A stretch of DNA of 64,000 nt, taken from the NCBI GenBank assembly GCA_965226795.1, contig CBDDDZ010000004.1, forward strand, positions 224,001-288,000, given 5' to 3'. A program made the translations under genes and the position numbers. Positions 20,122 through 29,423 of the stretch are shown here, piece after piece. This stretch comes from Candidatus Latescibacterota bacterium. GTDB lineage: Bacteria; Latescibacterota; UBA2968; GCA-2709665. Every line of letters starts with the position of its first letter. Within the stretch, counting starts at the first letter, position 1. Below the pieces are notes generated by a model, which was given only the letters and a program-made list of their open reading frames with translations, was not told where the DNA came from and searched no databases.

Positions 20122-20146
20122 GGGTCCTTTCAGGACCCCTTTTTTT
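20122..20146 (+). terminator. Rho-independent terminator
   Basis: GGGTCCT-TTC-AGGACCC followed by T8. Confidence 0.7.
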
Positions 20147-20363
20147 ATTGTTCGTCAGACGACGGGCCTGGTGGCCGTTCTTTTTCGGGAAGAGTACAAC
20201 ATCTTCACTAAATTTAACGAACTCGAACCCGGCAAGGTGTGTCTTACAATATGGAACTGGTGCATCCCGAGATCCTGCGGCGGATCGCGCCTAATGCCGA
20301 CCGACCTCGACCAAACCATCAACTTCAAGGCAGGGATGGATTCCCAAACTTAAGGTTGCCAAT

Positions 20364-22580
20364 ATGAGAAATTCTATCGGGACTGCTTTCCTTTTGGTGG
20401 TCGTTGTGTTCATTCCGCTGGTTTCACCTGCGGCTGAATCGGATTCGTTAAAGGCGCTTGAGGCCGCAACACTTGCTGATCCGAAGGACGGGCGCGCATG
20501 GGTGCGCCTCGGGCACGCCTATCTTGCCGCGGGTGACTTCAAGCGGGCAAAAGGGGCGTTCAGGAAGGGCATTCGAAGCAACAACAGGGCCGATGGATAC
20601 AACGGTCTGGGTGTGGCTTACATGCGCGATCCGGGCTCCAGGGCGGTGAACAGGAAGGCTTTCGAGTACTTCAGGCGGGCGCTGGCGGCCGATCCCGGCT
20701 ATGCCGAGGCCCGTATGAACTTCGCCCGTCTGCAGATACGGTTGGGCCAACTGGACGCCGAGAAAGCCCTGAAGGACGTCATCAAGCACCATCCGGGCTA
20801 CGCGCCCGCGTATCTCACGCTTGCGGAATGGTATTCGGATGGATACGAAGACATGGGCGCGGTCCTGTACGAGCGGTACCTGGAATTGCGGCCGGACGAC
20901 CTGGACGGACACTTCGGTCTGGCAATGGCGTATACCGGGCAACACCGATATGTTCGGGTGCTTGCAATCACGAACCGGGTACTCGAGAAACATCCTGGGT
21001 CCGGCCGTTTCCTGCCGCTGGCGGCGCAGGCATACGCCGCACGAGGTGACGCTGATAGAGCTCTGCAACTGTTTGAAACCTATTTTGGACTCATACCCGA
21101 GACAGAGCGGAGGCTCTATAGGGATGTTTCGCTGATCGCGTCTTCCGAGGAGTTGAAAGCGTACACCTCGACGCATTCCGGAACGGCGGCACACTCGTTG
21201 AAGCCGTTCTGGCGCCAGCGGGATCCAACCCTGGTATCCGGGGGAGCGCACCGCCAGGCGGAACACTACCGGCGTATCTGGTACGCGCGCACCTATTTTT
21301 CCGACAAGATGCATCCCTGGGATCGACGGGGGGAGGTTTACATCCGCTACGGTGAGCCCGACTATCGTTCCAGGTCGGACCGGACAAACCAACCGGCCAG
21401 TCTGGACGTACAGTCAGTGAAGGAATTGATCCATTTCCATTTGTATGGTGTGGAGACCTTTGACGTCGGAAATTACGAACAGGCGATCACCGAGCCCATT
21501 TATCCTGTAAAGAGTTTTCGTCTCGGCGGAAACCGGGTCGCCTGGGAGTCATGGGTTTACACCGGCGTTGGGGGTGGAATCGAATTTGTGTTCACGGATG
21601 AGGTCGGAAATGGAAAGTGGGATTTCGCGCCGCCGCCGGAATTGGATCCGGCAAACTCCAACATCGGTCAGATCAGTAAGTTCATGAAGTACAATCCTGC
21701 GGTCGTTTTTAAAGACGTGGCCTCCAGGACGCCGGATTATTTCGACCTGCCCCCCGGTGTCGAAGCCCTGGAGTTCTACTATGATCTTGCCACCTTCTAT
21801 GGAGGGGTTGACCGCACGAAGTTGGAGGTCTATTTCGGCATCCCCGTGGAACACGTTGTAAGCAGGGAAATCGAAGATCGCCTTCTGTCCCAGGTTGAAT
21901 ATACGGTTGCCGTGGTTGACGAGAAAGGCGACGTGATCCACAGGGAACGGGACCGGCTCGCGTTTGCAGGACAGCAGAACGCGAAACCCGGCACGTTCGT
22001 GCCCCAGACAATGACGGTACGCCTGCCGCCGGGGGCCTATCGGCTCGCCGTTCAGTTGACGGACCTCTATTCGGACAAGTGGGGGCTGTATCATCAGGAT
22101 CTGGATGTGCCTGCATATGGTGATTCTCTCAAGCTGAGCGACCTGGAACTGGCCTGGGGAATATCGAAGACCCGCGGAGCCGCCAAATTCCAGAAAGGCG
22201 ATGTCTCGGTGGTTCCCATGCCCAGCCGGAGTTATGGGCGAGGCCAGAGCGTATTCATTTACTATGAGGTGTATCGCTTACTGAAGGATGAGTTCGGTCA
22301 AACCCGTTACCGGGTGACTTACACGCTGCGGCAAAACATCAGGCGGGGATTCAACCCGTTTGGCGCCCTGGCGGCGAAAATACGCCAGTTTGTCCGTAAA
22401 ACGGAACCGGAGTTGGTGGTAAGCTATGAGCGAGCGGGTACGGATTCCTCCGAGCCCATCTACTTTGAGCTGGATATGAAAAAGGTAAAACCGGGTTTCC
22501 ATCAGATCGAAGTTACGGTGGTGGATCTGAATGCGAGTACATCGACTTCCAGGAACGCCGCATTCCGGTTGGATGGATAG
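20364..22580 (+). CDS. Secreted TPR + GWxTD-domain protein
   Basis: Signal peptide, TPR repeats, then FWRQRDPT..EHYRRIWYA..WDRRGEVYIRYGEPD, and C-terminal Ig-like domains. Confidence 0.88.
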   Translation: MRNSIGTAFLLVVVVFIPLVSPAAESDSLKALEAATLADPKDGRAWVRLGHAYLAAGDFKRAKGAFRKGIRSNNRADGYNGLGVAYMRDPGSRAVNRKAFEYFRRALAADPGYAEARMNFARLQIRLGQLDAEKALKDVIKHHPGYAPAYLTLAEWYSDGYEDMGAVLYERYLELRPDDLDGHFGLAMAYTGQHRYVRVLAITNRVLEKHPGSGRFLPLAAQAYAARGDADRALQLFETYFGLIPETERRLYRDVSLIASSEELKAYTSTHSGTAAHSLKPFWRQRDPTLVSGGAHRQAEHYRRIWYARTYFSDKMHPWDRRGEVYIRYGEPDYRSRSDRTNQPASLDVQSVKELIHFHLYGVETFDVGNYEQAITEPIYPVKSFRLGGNRVAWESWVYTGVGGGIEFVFTDEVGNGKWDFAPPPELDPANSNIGQISKFMKYNPAVVFKDVASRTPDYFDLPPGVEALEFYYDLATFYGGVDRTKLEVYFGIPVEHVVSREIEDRLLSQVEYTVAVVDEKGDVIHRERDRLAFAGQQNAKPGTFVPQTMTVRLPPGAYRLAVQLTDLYSDKWGLYHQDLDVPAYGDSLKLSDLELAWGISKTRGAAKFQKGDVSVVPMPSRSYGRGQSVFIYYEVYRLLKDEFGQTRYRVTYTLRQNIRRGFNPFGALAAKIRQFVRKTEPELVVSYERAGTDSSEPIYFELDMKKVKPGFHQIEVTVVDLNASTSTSRNAAFRLDG

Positions 22581-22696
22581 TCACGGACCGCTCCTATCGC
22601 TCGACTGTATTCGACCAGGATCGGGACCGGTCGAATCACGAATTTGAAACTGAAATGGTTTGATATTGCCGTCAATTGCATCCAGGGACGGACGGG

Positions 22697-22720
22697 AGGG
22701 CCTCGCGGCCCTTTTTCTTT
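22697..22720 (+). terminator. Rho-independent terminator
   Basis: AGGGCC-TCGC-GGCCCT followed by a T-rich tract. Confidence 0.6.
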
Positions 22721-22911
22721 TTGTAAGAATGGAGAATTATCCCGGATTTTACCGAACCCGGGCTCGAGAACGAGTGTCTTACAATGTGAAGGGGCTGAAT
22801 CCGCCAACCCAGTTGCAAACCCTGCCGCCAGGTTTGTCTTTCCGGACTCTGAATCCAATAACGAATGGCGGGCGAGATCCTGCCGCTTAAGGGATGCAAG
22901 GAGCCACGAAA

Positions 22912-24951
22912 ATGGTTCGCCTTTCGTTCACTGTCTGCCTGTTGGTTTTGAGTACCATCCGTGTCGATGCCAAACGGTCCGATCCCGTGAGGGTGGACTC
23001 GCTGCTGGCCGTTGCGGCGGATACGCTGCTTCATCAGGACCGTCGTGAAGCCCTGATGAAGGATGCGCTGAGGCATGACCGGTCGGGAAAGACAATGCAC
23101 GCGTTGGCGCGGTTTTACATGGCGCAAGGCACGCCGGTATCCCGTCAGACGGCGGGCAATTGGCTGCTGCGGGCCCGGATCCGGGAGCGGAAAAACCCGG
23201 ACTATCTGGCAACTTACGCTGAGTTGTTTTGGCGGACTTTGCAGCGTCCGAATTCTTACCGAAAAGCGCTCGAGGCTCTGGCGCTGGATCCGGATCATGT
23301 AGAGGCGTTATTCTGGGCGGGGCGCTTTGTGGTCTGGTCCTGGGAGATGACCTATTTTACGGATATGCCTGATGACGATGCCGCAGCGGGAGTGGGAAGA
23401 CATTCAATCAACGGTAGAAAAACGCTCACGTACGTCGAATATCCGGATCTGGAAATAGACCGCGGAATCGCGTACCTGACCCACGCCATCGGCGTGGATC
23501 CGGTCCACTGGCCGTCTCACCAGTACCTCGGTCTATCCTACTACGCGGCCGAAATGCCCGAGCCCCTGATCGACCTCTTCGAAGCCTATCGAAAGCGCCG
23601 GCCGGAGAATTGGAACGCCCACTTTTTCGCGGGTCTCGGCTATCAGATGAAGGGCGACCTGGATGCGGCCTATCGGGCGTACGTGGATGGACTGAACCGG
23701 ATGACTGCAACCGCCCGCAGGTTCATGCAGTCGGTCTTCCTGATTCGGGAACCCGTTCAGGATAAAAGGCGTGAGCCACTCCCGAGCGAAGAGGAGATTC
23801 GCAAGTTCTGGTTCGGAAAGGACCCCCTGTATCTGACATCAGTCAATGAACGCCTGCTGGAACAGTGCCGGCGCGTGGCGTACGCGAACCTGCGGTTTTC
23901 CGATCCCACTCACGGGCGGGAAGGTTGGCAGACCGACAGGGGGCAGGTCTATATCCGATACGGAGACCCACGCGTCCGCTTCATGAAAGATCCCGCCAGG
24001 GGACGGAAGGAAATATGGGACTATGGTCCCTTCACAGCGGTGTTCTTTAAAACGGTTTCCTGGGACTCCTGGCTGTTCAGAATGGCCAGACTGGGAAACA
24101 AACGCCTGACACTCGAACAACTGGTGAAGGCGGTACCCGACGTCTATGAGCATCCCCTGCAATATGACGCCCCCTACCAGACTGCCCAGTTCCGGCATAA
24201 CGACGGCACGACGCACGTCGAGGTGTATTACGCCCTTCCGGATGAAAATGTGCGGCACGCACTGTCGGGGGGCAACGGGAACGCCGAAGTGGACGTCAGA
24301 CAGGCGCTTTTCCTCTTCAATTCCGAATGGGATACCGTGAGTCACAACGTCGTTAGCGTGGAGCAGATGCCACGGGTCGCGTATGAATCCACGGAAGAGG
24401 GCTTCCTGTTGGCCGCGGAACGCGTAGTCCTTGCCCCGGGGCCGTATTTTCTGGCGGGCGAAGCCGAAGACCGGGCGACGAAGCGGGTGGGCACGTTTCG
24501 GGAGCGGTTGCGGGTAAGATCATTCGGGCAGGACACACTGGAGATCAGCAGCCTGTTGATGGCAAGACGCATTAAGATGCGGGAGAACGCCCCATACGGC
24601 CGTGGGCAGTTTGCCGTGCTGCCGAATCCATTGCAGGTGTGCCGACGGAAAGGGCATGCGTGGTTCTATTTCGAGATCTACAATCTTTCACGCGACGACT
24701 ACGGCGCCACCCACTACCGCATCAGCTATCAGATGCAATTCCTGCCGGACGGGGCGGCCGGCAGTTCCACGGCCGACTGGACGACGGCCGTTTCGTACTC
24801 GTACCGGGGCGGGCGGGATTGGGAGCCGCGCCACCTGCGCGTGGATATGGACGGCGCATCGACGGGACTGAGGGCGTTTCAAGTCGTGGTGGAGGATCTG
24901 CACACAGGTCGAAAAGCATTGGCGGAAACGCGCTTCAGAGTAAGGTGGTAA
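22912..24951 (+). CDS. Secreted TPR + GWxTD-domain protein
   Basis: Signal peptide, TPRs, FWFGKDP..NER..E..RRVAYAN..F...GWQTDRGQVYIRYGDP (canonical motif); alternative start at 22894. Confidence 0.9.
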   Translation: MVRLSFTVCLLVLSTIRVDAKRSDPVRVDSLLAVAADTLLHQDRREALMKDALRHDRSGKTMHALARFYMAQGTPVSRQTAGNWLLRARIRERKNPDYLATYAELFWRTLQRPNSYRKALEALALDPDHVEALFWAGRFVVWSWEMTYFTDMPDDDAAAGVGRHSINGRKTLTYVEYPDLEIDRGIAYLTHAIGVDPVHWPSHQYLGLSYYAAEMPEPLIDLFEAYRKRRPENWNAHFFAGLGYQMKGDLDAAYRAYVDGLNRMTATARRFMQSVFLIREPVQDKRREPLPSEEEIRKFWFGKDPLYLTSVNERLLEQCRRVAYANLRFSDPTHGREGWQTDRGQVYIRYGDPRVRFMKDPARGRKEIWDYGPFTAVFFKTVSWDSWLFRMARLGNKRLTLEQLVKAVPDVYEHPLQYDAPYQTAQFRHNDGTTHVEVYYALPDENVRHALSGGNGNAEVDVRQALFLFNSEWDTVSHNVVSVEQMPRVAYESTEEGFLLAAERVVLAPGPYFLAGEAEDRATKRVGTFRERLRVRSFGQDTLEISSLLMARRIKMRENAPYGRGQFAVLPNPLQVCRRKGHAWFYFEIYNLSRDDYGATHYRISYQMQFLPDGAAGSSTADWTTAVSYSYRGGRDWEPRHLRVDMDGASTGLRAFQVVVEDLHTGRKALAETRFRVRW

Positions 24952-25095
24952 CTGGTGTCCCGTCCCGGAAATAGATTGCCGAAATTCGGCCGCCCGAGGG
25001 CATGGACCACGCATATAAGAGAGGGCCGAAGAGCATCTGCTTCGACCCTCTTTCTGCTGTTGCGACGAACCCCTCGTTGTCGTCGTTTGGCAGGG

Positions 25096-27498
25096 CTATT
25101 TCAGGATTGCGATCGCCCCTGTCGGGATCTGCGTTTCGGCGCCATTGTGCGTCACCTGCGCCGGCGCCGTGCCCGTGTTTCTGGCCCACACCACGCCGGT
25201 CTCGGCGGCGTTGATTTCCAGCGCGCCCTCTGTGGTGATGTTCAGGATCGCTTCCTGCAGAAGGGCTTCGCCCGCCCCGAGGCTTCGCGCATAGGCGACA
25301 TTGTCGTCGTCCACGCAAGTAACGCCCCCGAAGATGGGAATCTCAGGGAATTCCGAGCGATTCGCCGTGAAGGTAAACGCACCGGCTTTTTCGCCGAAGT
25401 TCGCCACGGCCAGGTGATTGTCCGCGAGAAGGCCGATGGCGGGTCGTTCTGTTTGCATGATTACGTACTCGATGCCGGCCGTTTTGCTATGGGTGCGATC
25501 GGCGGCCACCAGCGCAGTGAGTTCGGAGATTGTGTTCCCGGAAGTTACCTGAACCGGCTCGTCGATGCGGCTTAGAATGAGGTCATCCGCCACGGCGCGC
25601 CAGACCTGGTAATAGTGCCGGTTGTGATAGGCGGTCTTGCCGGTGCCCGTGTAGACAATGCCCAGACGGTTGTCGACGTTGAGCCATGCCGGATGATCGT
25701 AGGTCTTGACGTCGTCGCTTTCCGGATCCCTCGTGACGAAACTCCTGAAGCGATCCGAACCGCCCGGCGTGTGGACGTTACGGTAGCCGTTGCAGTTTCC
25801 TTCCAGGGCGTTGAAGTCTTCGTTGACGATGCGAAGGAAACCCTGGTCGACACTATTGACGGTAATATTCTCTCTGGCCGTGAGCCGCTCACATGAAAGG
25901 GAAATACCGGAGGGCAGGCCCGCAAAGAGCACTTCCTGGCGTACCGATCGCTGGGCGCGGTTCAGGATCAGCGCGGCGGCAAAACCATCCTGATGTTCGT
26001 CCACGCGAATCGAGACCAGGTCGTGGCTGTCGGGTCTGTCCTGGACGTCAATGCTGGCCAGAAACGAATTTGATGCCGGCGCCACGGTATAGATGCCGTC
26101 CCTGTTCAGCGGAAGCGCCATAATGTCGTTGCGCCAGGAAAGAGAGGATTGGCCGGTCCGGTGCCGATGGAAGACAAAGCCGGATTGGGGATAGACCTTG
26201 ACGCCGCGCAGCTTGCGTTCGACTTGTGCACTGGTTGCGGGTTCAGGCCCGTCCCCAAAGATCCTGTGAAAGAAATAGGTGTGGGCGGGACTCACGATAT
26301 TGGTTTCCCGGATGATAAGCGGGTCCTGGGGACCATGCACAATTTCGGCGATTTGCTTCTCGTGCACGCGCCCGCCGGCGCTTTCCGCGCGCTGTTCCAG
26401 GGTCTCAAGCGCCTGGCGTTCGAAATACGCGGCGTCCGGGTCGTTCAGGAACTGGGCGGCCGTCGCATGAGTGAGCGTGCCCGGGTCGGGCGAGAGATAC
26501 GGCCAGTCCATGCCCTGCACGGGATGCATCGAGCCGGTCCGGTCCGTGGTACGTTTGAGCTGGTCGTAGATTTCCTGCCGGTTGAATAGGCCATGTTCCG
26601 GAACATCCGCGCCGAACGTCCCGTAGATGATGCCGAGCCGCCCCAGGAACATCACCGAACTGCCGGTGTAGCTGGGGTGCACCATGCCGTGGTTTTCGGC
26701 CATGTAGTCCGGCAACGCGGTAAAGGTCTGGCCGGTCAATTCCCGCACGGTCTGACCGTCTGAGAACGGCGCAAGGTTCTTCGTGTCCTGCTGGGTTGTG
26801 GCCGTGGAGAACATCCAGCGACGGGCTGTTTCGGCCCAGGATTTGACGTGGGGCGAGTTGCTCAGAAAACATTCAACCGATGCCAGGCCGCACGACGTCC
26901 AGCCGTTTTCCTCCATCTGCGTGTTGGTAAAAACGCCGCTCTTGGGCGCCATGGCTCCGAACCGCTCGGCGTAGTCCTCGTGCATGCGTGCAATCATCGT
27001 CCACGTCTCGTCGTCTACAATGTCGCCCAGCAAGAGGGCGACCAGGCCAACGTCGGAAAGATTCGTGCCGCACTGGCTCTCGGGGAAAAAACCCCGGCCG
27101 CGTTCGCCCCACTTGGTGCCCCAGGTCCTGGGATTGCCAAGGCTCTTTTCGGGCCGAATACAGTCAGCCGGACCCGTGTCGTGTGTATAGCAGAGGTAGC
27201 GGATGCCCTTGAGCGCAATCTCCCGGAGTTCCTTTTTGGAGCATCCGGTCCGTTTCTCGTCGTATTCAGGCGAATTTGCAAGCGCGGCAAATACGAAGGC
27301 CGGCGCGGCCGTGTCGCTGCCGTACCAGTGGGCCCCGCCGAAAAAATGCCCGCAATTGGGGCGGTCCGGCCAATCTTCGAAATAGTCAAGGCCAATTGGC
27401 ACCCAGTTTTCCAGGATGCGTTTATAACGCCTGCTCAGCGGGGTTTCCACGGCAGGCACGGACGTCCGCCGGCGGTTGGTCAATATTTCGGGTCGCAT
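25096..27498 (-). CDS. Large hypothetical protein, possibly polysaccharide lyase-like (alpha-toroid plus beta-sandwich)
   Basis: 800-aa ORF with AAGGAG RBS; helical N-half containing ENHGMVHPSY and a beta-rich C-half. The function is a guess. Confidence 0.75.
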   Translation of the reverse strand: MRPEILTNRRRTSVPAVETPLSRRYKRILENWVPIGLDYFEDWPDRPNCGHFFGGAHWYGSDTAAPAFVFAALANSPEYDEKRTGCSKKELREIALKGIRYLCYTHDTGPADCIRPEKSLGNPRTWGTKWGERGRGFFPESQCGTNLSDVGLVALLLGDIVDDETWTMIARMHEDYAERFGAMAPKSGVFTNTQMEENGWTSCGLASVECFLSNSPHVKSWAETARRWMFSTATTQQDTKNLAPFSDGQTVRELTGQTFTALPDYMAENHGMVHPSYTGSSVMFLGRLGIIYGTFGADVPEHGLFNRQEIYDQLKRTTDRTGSMHPVQGMDWPYLSPDPGTLTHATAAQFLNDPDAAYFERQALETLEQRAESAGGRVHEKQIAEIVHGPQDPLIIRETNIVSPAHTYFFHRIFGDGPEPATSAQVERKLRGVKVYPQSGFVFHRHRTGQSSLSWRNDIMALPLNRDGIYTVAPASNSFLASIDVQDRPDSHDLVSIRVDEHQDGFAAALILNRAQRSVRQEVLFAGLPSGISLSCERLTARENITVNSVDQGFLRIVNEDFNALEGNCNGYRNVHTPGGSDRFRSFVTRDPESDDVKTYDHPAWLNVDNRLGIVYTGTGKTAYHNRHYYQVWRAVADDLILSRIDEPVQVTSGNTISELTALVAADRTHSKTAGIEYVIMQTERPAIGLLADNHLAVANFGEKAGAFTFTANRSEFPEIPIFGGVTCVDDDNVAYARSLGAGEALLQEAILNITTEGALEINAAETGVVWARNTGTAPAQVTHNGAETQIPTGAIAILK

Positions 27499-27678
27499 GG
27501 AGTCTCCTTTTTGCGATCAATAACGGAATGAAAGGGAGTCTAGACTCCTCGTAGTTCTCGTACGAACTGAAAACGCTGGGAGCGGTTTCGACCGCGGTAA
27601 CGCGGCGGCTGAACGCATCTCATGCTCTCCTCTCCACCCAGTATACTACATTAATCTCGGAGGGGGAGTTGTCTCACC

Positions 27679-28923
27679 CTATATTGGCACGTAGGGTCGT
27701 ACTGCTTCCATCTCCGAACAGTTTCTCACTAGGTTCGCTTGAACGCTTTGCAGCTTTGATTCGAGCTCAGCAATCGCCCGCTCGATCTGAGGAGATGCAC
27801 GAGGAACTGTGTCAAGGCGCGATGAAATTTCCGTTAGTGCTTCTCTTAGCTCACTCATCTCTGGGAGATCTGTTGCTTCACGCAGGTCATGAGCGCAAAA
27901 CGGACAGGCATGACTTTGTTCGGTCCCCTCAAAGATCTCGATCGACATCAGCCGAGCGCGTTGTTCGGATGCCTCACGCGAAAATCCAGACGTATCGTGT
28001 TCGAAGGCTTTAGCCGCGGCAATTTCATCTTGAAGTCTTCGCAACTGGCTGCGAAGTCGATTTCGTTCGTCGCTGAGCCGATGGTACTCTGCTTCGTCTG
28101 ATATCTCAATATCAATGGAAGTTCCGGGAGTCTCTGCGACTTCACGTAGGGCGGGTACCGCTTCCTCCCAAGTGCTTGCCAATGACGCAGACAGGCCGAC
28201 ATTACGTGCCTCAGCCAAAAGAGTCAATGCTTTCGTAACGCCTTCGCCCCTTAAAGACGAGAGTTCATTAAGCTGCCTTTCAGATTGACGCAGCCGCCTG
28301 CGGAGCCGCCTAAGCTGCTCGCGTTTGTTAATGTATTCGTCGTCCACAGCACCTAACAGATAAGGCAGTGTATCCCTCAGAGCTTGTGCGATGAAATTGT
28401 CCGCTGCTCCGTGAAATAGCTGTTGACGCCTGATAATCTCATCTTGCGGCTGAAAACAGAGCGCTAGGGCATGGCGAATAGTCACCGTTAGGGGTTGTCT
28501 GCTTTGACCTTGCGCGGGCTCATGGATATAATCTTTGATGCCACCCCAACTGGTGAGCAGCGCACCGAGTCCTCTCGTATTCGTCGTTTGTCGAAGACCA
28601 CTGTATTCAGGGATAACAACCTGGTCGCCGACGTCTACAAAACAATCCTCGCTCGAAGCGGCCGCAGGACCGGGACATCGACGAGCGATGAATGCTTCAC
28701 CGCTGGCCAGTTCCAACCTGAGTCCAAACCATGATACAGAGCGTCGAATCGGTCCTTCAGGAACTCGGCACTCGCCAGCACCAAAACAGTAGTCGACTAT
28801 ATCGACGAGCGCAGATTTTCCTGTTTTGGATGTGCCGGTAATGATGTTGACCTGACCCGGTTTGAGCGACAGTACGCGCTGTCGACCATCGTGGCTGTAC
28901 ACAACTATATCAAGAATCTGCAT
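27679..28923 (-). pseudogene. lmuB: Lamassu LmuB / ABC-3C SMC-like ATPase (DUF3732 family), C-terminally truncated
   Basis: N-terminal Walker A GTSKTGKS, FQPQDEI Q-loop, coiled coil and CPFC zinc hook. The ORF stops in mid coiled coil with no signature or Walker B half. Confidence 0.8.
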
Positions 28924-28925
28924 GG

Positions 28926-29423
28926 TTATGGACGCACCCCTATCAATGCGAAGACCGTTGATCCGCTACCAGTTTGCCCGAACCACTTGCCGACAAATTC
29001 TGCCTTGCGAGTACAAAGGCGTACCTCATCACTCGCTCCTTGCAACGAACGATTGAGAGTTAGCCGCAAGTCTTCATTGGCGCGGAGTTTGCCTTCGTCA
29101 ATGCTGATCAGGCCATGGGTTCCGCCAAAGAACATGCCTTCTTTAGTATATTCGACCAGTAGTTTCGCTCTAGTCGCAATCTTTCCTTGAGCGAGGGGAT
29201 TGTTATTGATCCATACAGCCAAAGACGTGCGAGTATCGCGTGGAAGCGCTTCCCTAGTTGTGCGGTGAAGTACCATCGGCAAGACCAGGAATGCTTCCTC
29301 GAAGGATAAGCCACGCAGGTTGATACTGGCATACCCGCGTGCAGCGCACCAGAGCAAGAGAGAACAGAACGCCGGGTTTAGGAGCGTTTGTTCCTCACGC
29401 GAGCGTTCATGCCATCGGGTCAT
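28926..29423 (-). CDS. lmuC: Lamassu LmuC / ABC three-component middle component (MC3/DUF6521-like)
   Basis: LLNPAF..LL, FLVLPMVLH..TR..LP motifs; ATGA overlap with the upstream effector. Confidence 0.82.
   Translation of the reverse strand: MTRWHERSREEQTLLNPAFCSLLLWCAARGYASINLRGLSFEEAFLVLPMVLHRTTREALPRDTRTSLAVWINNNPLAQGKIATRAKLLVEYTKEGMFFGGTHGLISIDEGKLRANEDLRLTLNRSLQGASDEVRLCTRKAEFVGKWFGQTGSGSTVFALIGVRP

Noticed and set aside
19554..20353. Short ORFs of 69-157 aa in the adhesin-GWxTD gap
   Set aside because: No RBS or motif support; they run through hairpins and are better explained as a non-coding element.
22790..22860. GCTGAATCC word suggesting a c-di-AMP (ydaO) riboswitch
   Set aside because: The remaining conserved ydaO elements are not present.
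24955..25575. 206-aa plus-strand ORF after the GWxTD gene
   Set aside because: Mostly antisense to the 800-aa gene, Arg-rich and low in information.
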